A stretch of DNA of 64,000 nucleotides from an uncultured Verrucomicrobiae bacterium (GTDB lineage Bacteria > Verrucomicrobiota > Verrucomicrobiia > Chthoniobacterales > Chthoniobacteraceae). The stretch lies in assembly GCA_963769025.1 (NCBI GenBank), contig CAVYKI010000006.1, positions 416,001-480,000 on the forward strand, in the 5' to 3' direction. Positions 60,064-64,000 of this stretch are shown piece by piece. The position numbers were made by a program, and so were the translations under genes. Under the pieces are notes generated by a model. It searched no databases and was not told where the DNA came from. It was given only the letters and a program-made list of their open reading frames with translations. Each line of letters starts with the position of its first letter. Position 1 is the stretch's first letter.

Positions 60064-60984
60064 ATGCCACTCACACCCGCACAGCTCCGCGCCCGCCTCG
60101 GCGGCGTCATCGCGTTTCCCGTCACACCGTTCAAAAAGAACCTCGCGCTCGATCTCCCCGGCCTGCGCAAGAATCTCCGCAAGCTCGTCGGCCAGCAGGT
60201 CTGCGCGATCGTCGCCGGCGCCGGCACGGGCGAATTGCATTCCCTCTCACCCGCCGAACATCTCGCCGTGGTGAAGGCCACGTTGGAGGAGGTGAAGGGA
60301 CGCCATCCCGTGCTCGCGGGCGTCGGCTTCAGCCCGCAGACCGCCGTGGAGATGACGCGTGAATGCACCGCCGCAGGCGCGGACGGCATCCTCATTTTCC
60401 CGCCGTACTATCCCGGCGACGCGAACGACGAGGGCATGTTCGCCTACTACCGCAACGTCGCCGCTGCGACAAAGCGCGGCGTCCTCATCTACAGCCGCGA
60501 CCACGCGAACTTTTCACCCGCCGCCGTCGCGCGCCTCGCGACGATTCCGAATTTCATCGCGTTCAAGGACGGCCAGGGCGACATCCGGAAGTTCCAGCAA
60601 ATCATCGCGCGGGTCGGCTCGCGCCTGCACTGGATCGGTGGGGCCGGGGATGACTGCGTGCCTGCCTACTACAGCCTCGGCGTGCGCACCTACACGAGCA
60701 GCATTGCCAACGTTGCCCCGCGGCTGTCGCATCGTCTCCACGAGCTCGCCTCCACCCGCACCGACGCGGCCGACGCCGAACTCGCGAAGCTCATGCGCGA
60801 ACTTGTCACTCCGCTTTACGCCTTCCGCGGGCGGAAAAAAGGCTACGAGGTCAGCGTGATGAAAACGATGATGGACCTCACCGGCCAGGTCGGCGGCAGC
60901 GTCCGCCCGCCGCTCAACGATCTCCTTCCCGCCGAGGTGAAGGAATGGCGCTCGGTGATCAAGGCGTGGCGCAAGTGGCTGTAG
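60064..60984 (+). CDS. kdgD: 5-dehydro-4-deoxyglucarate dehydratase (DHDPS family)
   Basis: FPVTPF, GTGE..SL, PPY, FKDGQGD, YTSSIAN, RKKGYEVS. Confidence 0.8.
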   Translation: MPLTPAQLRARLGGVIAFPVTPFKKNLALDLPGLRKNLRKLVGQQVCAIVAGAGTGELHSLSPAEHLAVVKATLEEVKGRHPVLAGVGFSPQTAVEMTRECTAAGADGILIFPPYYPGDANDEGMFAYYRNVAAATKRGVLIYSRDHANFSPAAVARLATIPNFIAFKDGQGDIRKFQQIIARVGSRLHWIGGAGDDCVPAYYSLGVRTYTSSIANVAPRLSHRLHELASTRTDAADAELAKLMRELVTPLYAFRGRKKGYEVSVMKTMMDLTGQVGGSVRPPLNDLLPAEVKEWRSVIKAWRKWL

Positions 60985-60997
60985 CCTGCCTCCCCGC

Positions 60998-61996
60998 TTA
61001 CGCCGCCAGTTCCGCGAAGAAGAGGCGGCCCGCACTGGTCTGCCGCACGGTGCTGATCGCGACGCGCACGCTTTTCCCGACCTGTGCGCGGCTGTGGTTG
61101 ACGACAATCATCGTTCCATCCGGGAGATAGCCGACCGCCTGATGCGACTCTCGTCCTTCCTTGGAGAGGGTGAGCGTGATTTCATCGCCGGCTGCGACGA
61201 CGGGCCGGAGGGCCTTGTTGAGGTCGTTCAGATTCAGCGCGGCGATTCCCTGGAGGCGCGCGATGCTGCAAAGGTTGCCGTCGTTCGAGAGTACCCGCGC
61301 ATTCAGGATTTTCGCGAGCTGGATGAGCTTGGAATCCACCGCCGCAAACGGATCCACCGGCACCTCATGGATGGTCACGTTCAATGCCGGATCGCGCTGG
61401 AGATCCTGCAGCCGCGCGAGGGCGAGCCGGCCCTTTTCGCGCCGCGCAGGATCGTGCGAATCCGCAAGCGTCTGCAATTCCTCAAGGATGAAACGAGGGA
61501 TGACGAGCGACCTGGAAATGAAGCCCGTCGCGACCAGTTCCGCGAGCCGGCCGTCGATGATGATATTGGAATCCACGAGCACCGGCGCATCGCTGGCATT
61601 CTGTTCCCGGAACCGGATGTAGGGGATGATGAGCGCGAATTCGTCCCGGTTGCTCCGCATCGCGAGCATCATGCCCACATAGCCAAACGTCGCATAGACC
61701 GTGAGGCCGATGAGCCACTGCGCATCCGCTGGCGTCCGCAGGAGCAACCCGGACGCGAGCAGCAGCCGCGATGCGATGAAGCCGAGGAGCAGGCCAAAGG
61801 TGGCGGATGAAAACATCCGCAGCGAGAAGCCCTTGAGCAGGCGGTCGGAGAGGACCACTGCGAGGCCAAATGCCACGCCTGCGCAGACCCCGACGGTCGG
61901 AATCTCCCAAAAGCTGTAGCCGATTTCCGAGCCGATGAATCCGGTGAATGCGACAAAGAGCAGGCGCAGAAGCGCGATGGTGGGACCGGAATTCAT
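60998..61996 (-). CDS. PIN/TRAM domain membrane protein (YacL-like)
   Basis: N-terminal TMs, DSNIIIDGR, KEGRESHQAVGYLPDGTMIVV, QTSAGRLFF. Confidence 0.9.
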   Translation of the reverse strand: MNSGPTIALLRLLFVAFTGFIGSEIGYSFWEIPTVGVCAGVAFGLAVVLSDRLLKGFSLRMFSSATFGLLLGFIASRLLLASGLLLRTPADAQWLIGLTVYATFGYVGMMLAMRSNRDEFALIIPYIRFREQNASDAPVLVDSNIIIDGRLAELVATGFISRSLVIPRFILEELQTLADSHDPARREKGRLALARLQDLQRDPALNVTIHEVPVDPFAAVDSKLIQLAKILNARVLSNDGNLCSIARLQGIAALNLNDLNKALRPVVAAGDEITLTLSKEGRESHQAVGYLPDGTMIVVNHSRAQVGKSVRVAISTVRQTSAGRLFFAELAA

Positions 61997-62079
61997 GGGA
62001 CTCTGTCCCTCCTGCGATAGCAGACCTCGCGCCATCGGGGTGCTCGCATCCGGCCCGCCCGCCACGCTCGCCGTAACGG

Positions 62080-63021
62080 TTACTTGCTCAGGTTTTTGTA
62101 AAAGAGAATCCCGCGCTCCCGGAGATTGCGGATCAGCGCCTTCAGGTTGTCGGCTGTCTCCTTGTCGCCGAGCAGCATGCCGAGCGCGCCGCTGCCTTGA
62201 TTCGCCTTGTTCACGAGCAGTCGCGTCGCTTCAAACGTCTTGCCGACGGTGCTCGCTGCATTCCGAATTTCCGCGAGCGTGATTTTGAGATCGCCGGCAG
62301 CGGCGTCGATTTTCTTCACCACGCCGTCCAGCCTTTCGATGGGCGCCTTGGCGGCGGCCGCGTCTTGCTTAACGATTTCCACGGCTTCCTTTGCCTTCAC
62401 GATCACTTCATCGAGCCCTTTCATCGAGTTTTTGAAACTCGTCGTGATCTCGCTGAGCGATGCAAAAGTGTCGTCGATCGCCTTCAGGTTCTTGTCGGCG
62501 AGGACCCGCTCGCGGATGTCCTTGATTGGATCCTCCAGTTCCTTGAGGCGCTTCTTGAGTTCGTCCATCACATCGCCGCCTTTCTCGGTGAGTTCGCCGA
62601 GGCCCTGCAGCCGCGTTCCTTTGACGGAGTCACCGTGCTTGAGGATGTCGTTCATGTCCGGGTTCGCCGGCGGATTGATGCTCACAAATGCATCACCAAG
62701 GAATCCCGACGAACTGATGAGAAACGACGAACCGCGCGGAACCTTCACGCCGTCCTTGAGCTTGAGCATGACCTGCACGGCGTAGCGCCCCTCGATGAGT
62801 TCGGGGGCATCCGCGGTGAACCCGACGCGCGCGCCTGCGAGATAGACGTCCGCGCCCTTGAGCAGCCCGCTCGCGTTCGGAAACTCTGCCGCGATGGTGT
62901 AGTACTTCTTCAAGCCCTGGCTGAGCTTGCCGAATTTCACGGCCATGAACGAGATCACAGCCAGCCCGATGAGCATGAAAATGCCCACCTTCCATTCGAT
63001 GCCTCGTGAGTCGTTGGTCAT
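62080..63021 (-). CDS. mlaD: MCE/MlaD family protein
   Basis: EWKVGIF TM, ASGLLKGADVYLAG..G, GFLGDAFV, coiled-coil tail. Confidence 0.85.
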   Translation of the reverse strand: MTNDSRGIEWKVGIFMLIGLAVISFMAVKFGKLSQGLKKYYTIAAEFPNASGLLKGADVYLAGARVGFTADAPELIEGRYAVQVMLKLKDGVKVPRGSSFLISSSGFLGDAFVSINPPANPDMNDILKHGDSVKGTRLQGLGELTEKGGDVMDELKKRLKELEDPIKDIRERVLADKNLKAIDDTFASLSEITTSFKNSMKGLDEVIVKAKEAVEIVKQDAAAAKAPIERLDGVVKKIDAAAGDLKITLAEIRNAASTVGKTFEATRLLVNKANQGSGALGMLLGDKETADNLKALIRNLRERGILFYKNLSK

Positions 63022-63026
63022 TAAAT

Positions 63027-63765
63027 TCAGTCGGATTCACCGCTGCGGCCCACGATGAAATCGACGATCACCGGATCCGAGGATGCCTTGAGTTCCTCGA
63101 CCGAGCCGTCGAAGTGAACGCGGCCTTCGTGCAGGAGTGCGACGCGGTCTGCGCAGTGGAATGCCGTTTTCATGTCGTGAGTGACGACGATGGAAGTGAC
63201 GCCGAGTACTCGCTGCAAGCGCCGAATCATGTGGTTGATGCTGTCGCTGGTGATTGGATCCAGCCCGGTGGTCGGTTCGTCGTACAGGTACGCAGCGAGG
63301 GCGGCCGACGATCGTGCGCGCGAGGCCGACGCGCTTTCGCATGCCGCCGGAGAGATCCGCGGGCATCTTTCGCTGCTCGCCGCCGAGTTCCACCATGTCG
63401 AGCGCCTCCGCGATCCGGGCGTCAATTTCCTTCGGATCGCGCATCCCCAGTTCGCGCAGCGGAAATGCGAGGTTCCCCTCGACGCTCATCGAGTCGAATA
63501 GCGCGGCGCTTTGAAAGAGCATGCCGATTTTCCGCCGGACGGCGGTGAGCTTGCGTTCCGGCAGCCCGGTGATGTCTTCGCCATCGACGAGCACCTGGCC
63601 GGAGTCCGGCTTGAGCAGGCCGATGAGGTGCTTGAGCACGACGCTCTTTCCGCACCCGGAACGGCCGAGGACGACCAGCGTCTTTCCCTCCTCCATCGTG
63701 AGATCGACGTCATACAGCACGGCTTTCCCGTTGAAGCTCTTGCAGAGTTTTCGGACTTCGATCAT
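63027..63765 (-). CDS. mlaF: MlaF-like ABC ATP-binding protein (indel near 63293)
   Basis: GRSGCGKSV, ALFDSM, LSGGMRKRVGLAR, YDEPTTGLDPI, VTHD. Confidence 0.88.
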
Positions 63766-64000
63766 TAGCCGCCGGGGAAGATGATGTTGAGCGCGAAGGT
63801 GAGAATCAGGTTCATCCCGAGGATCGACAGCGAGGCGATGACGACGGCCCGCGTGGGGGCGCGCCCGACGCCCTCGGCGCCGTTCGACGTCTGAAGCCCC
63901 TCATGGCAGCTCACGCAGACGATGATGATGGCGAAGACGAACCCCTTGATGAGCGCGATCGCGATGTCGCTGCCGTGGGTGTAGAACGTCAGATTCCGCA
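63765..64000 (-). CDS. mlaE: MlaE-like ABC permease, C-terminal fragment
   Basis: Own translation: ALIKGFVFAIIIVCVSCHEGLQTSNGAEGVGRAPTRAVVIASLSILGMNLILTFALNIIFPGG*. Confidence 0.88.
   Translation of the reverse strand, partial: RNLTFYTHGSDIAIALIKGFVFAIIIVCVSCHEGLQTSNGAEGVGRAPTRAVVIASLSILGMNLILTFALNIIFPGG

Noticed and set aside
60998..61996. PIN domain as a toxin-antitoxin toxin
   Set aside because: The TM-PIN-TRAM architecture is the conserved YacL type, and no antitoxin is adjacent.

Overview
High-GC bacterial chromosomal segment. The gene content (PVC-type CxxCH proteins, DUF1549/DUF1553, futalosine pathway, short rpoZ) suggests Verrucomicrobiota, probably Chthoniobacterales-like; this is an inference. 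It is mostly housekeeping and PVC-specific periplasmic genes: sigZ, tRNA-Val, folD, hemB-mqnE-mqnA, kdgK, rpoZ-smpB, bS22, tRNA-Thr-tuf-tRNA-Trp-secE-nusG-rplK, dgt, prmA, pilD, hslR, glucarate catabolism and mlaEFD. Single-base indels break even essential genes (tuf, rplK, tRNA-Trp), so the sequence looks like an unpolished long-read consensus and frameshifts should not be read as biology. No CRISPR, integrase, transposase or reverse transcriptase is visible. The most unusual locus is 44.8-51.7 kb. A split PVC dehydrogenase/cytochrome c system has two divergent paralogs. One carries a sharply bounded ~440-bp internal segment with randomised codon usage, and it is followed by a 13-unit 42-bp tandem array. 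Also notable: an NLR-like DUF4062-STAND-TPR gene where rplA is normally found, a LuxE-LuxC fusion, a signal-peptide-bearing truncated haemoglobin, an arginase-like/GNAT/SMR module, and two GTAG REP doublets that supply stop codons.
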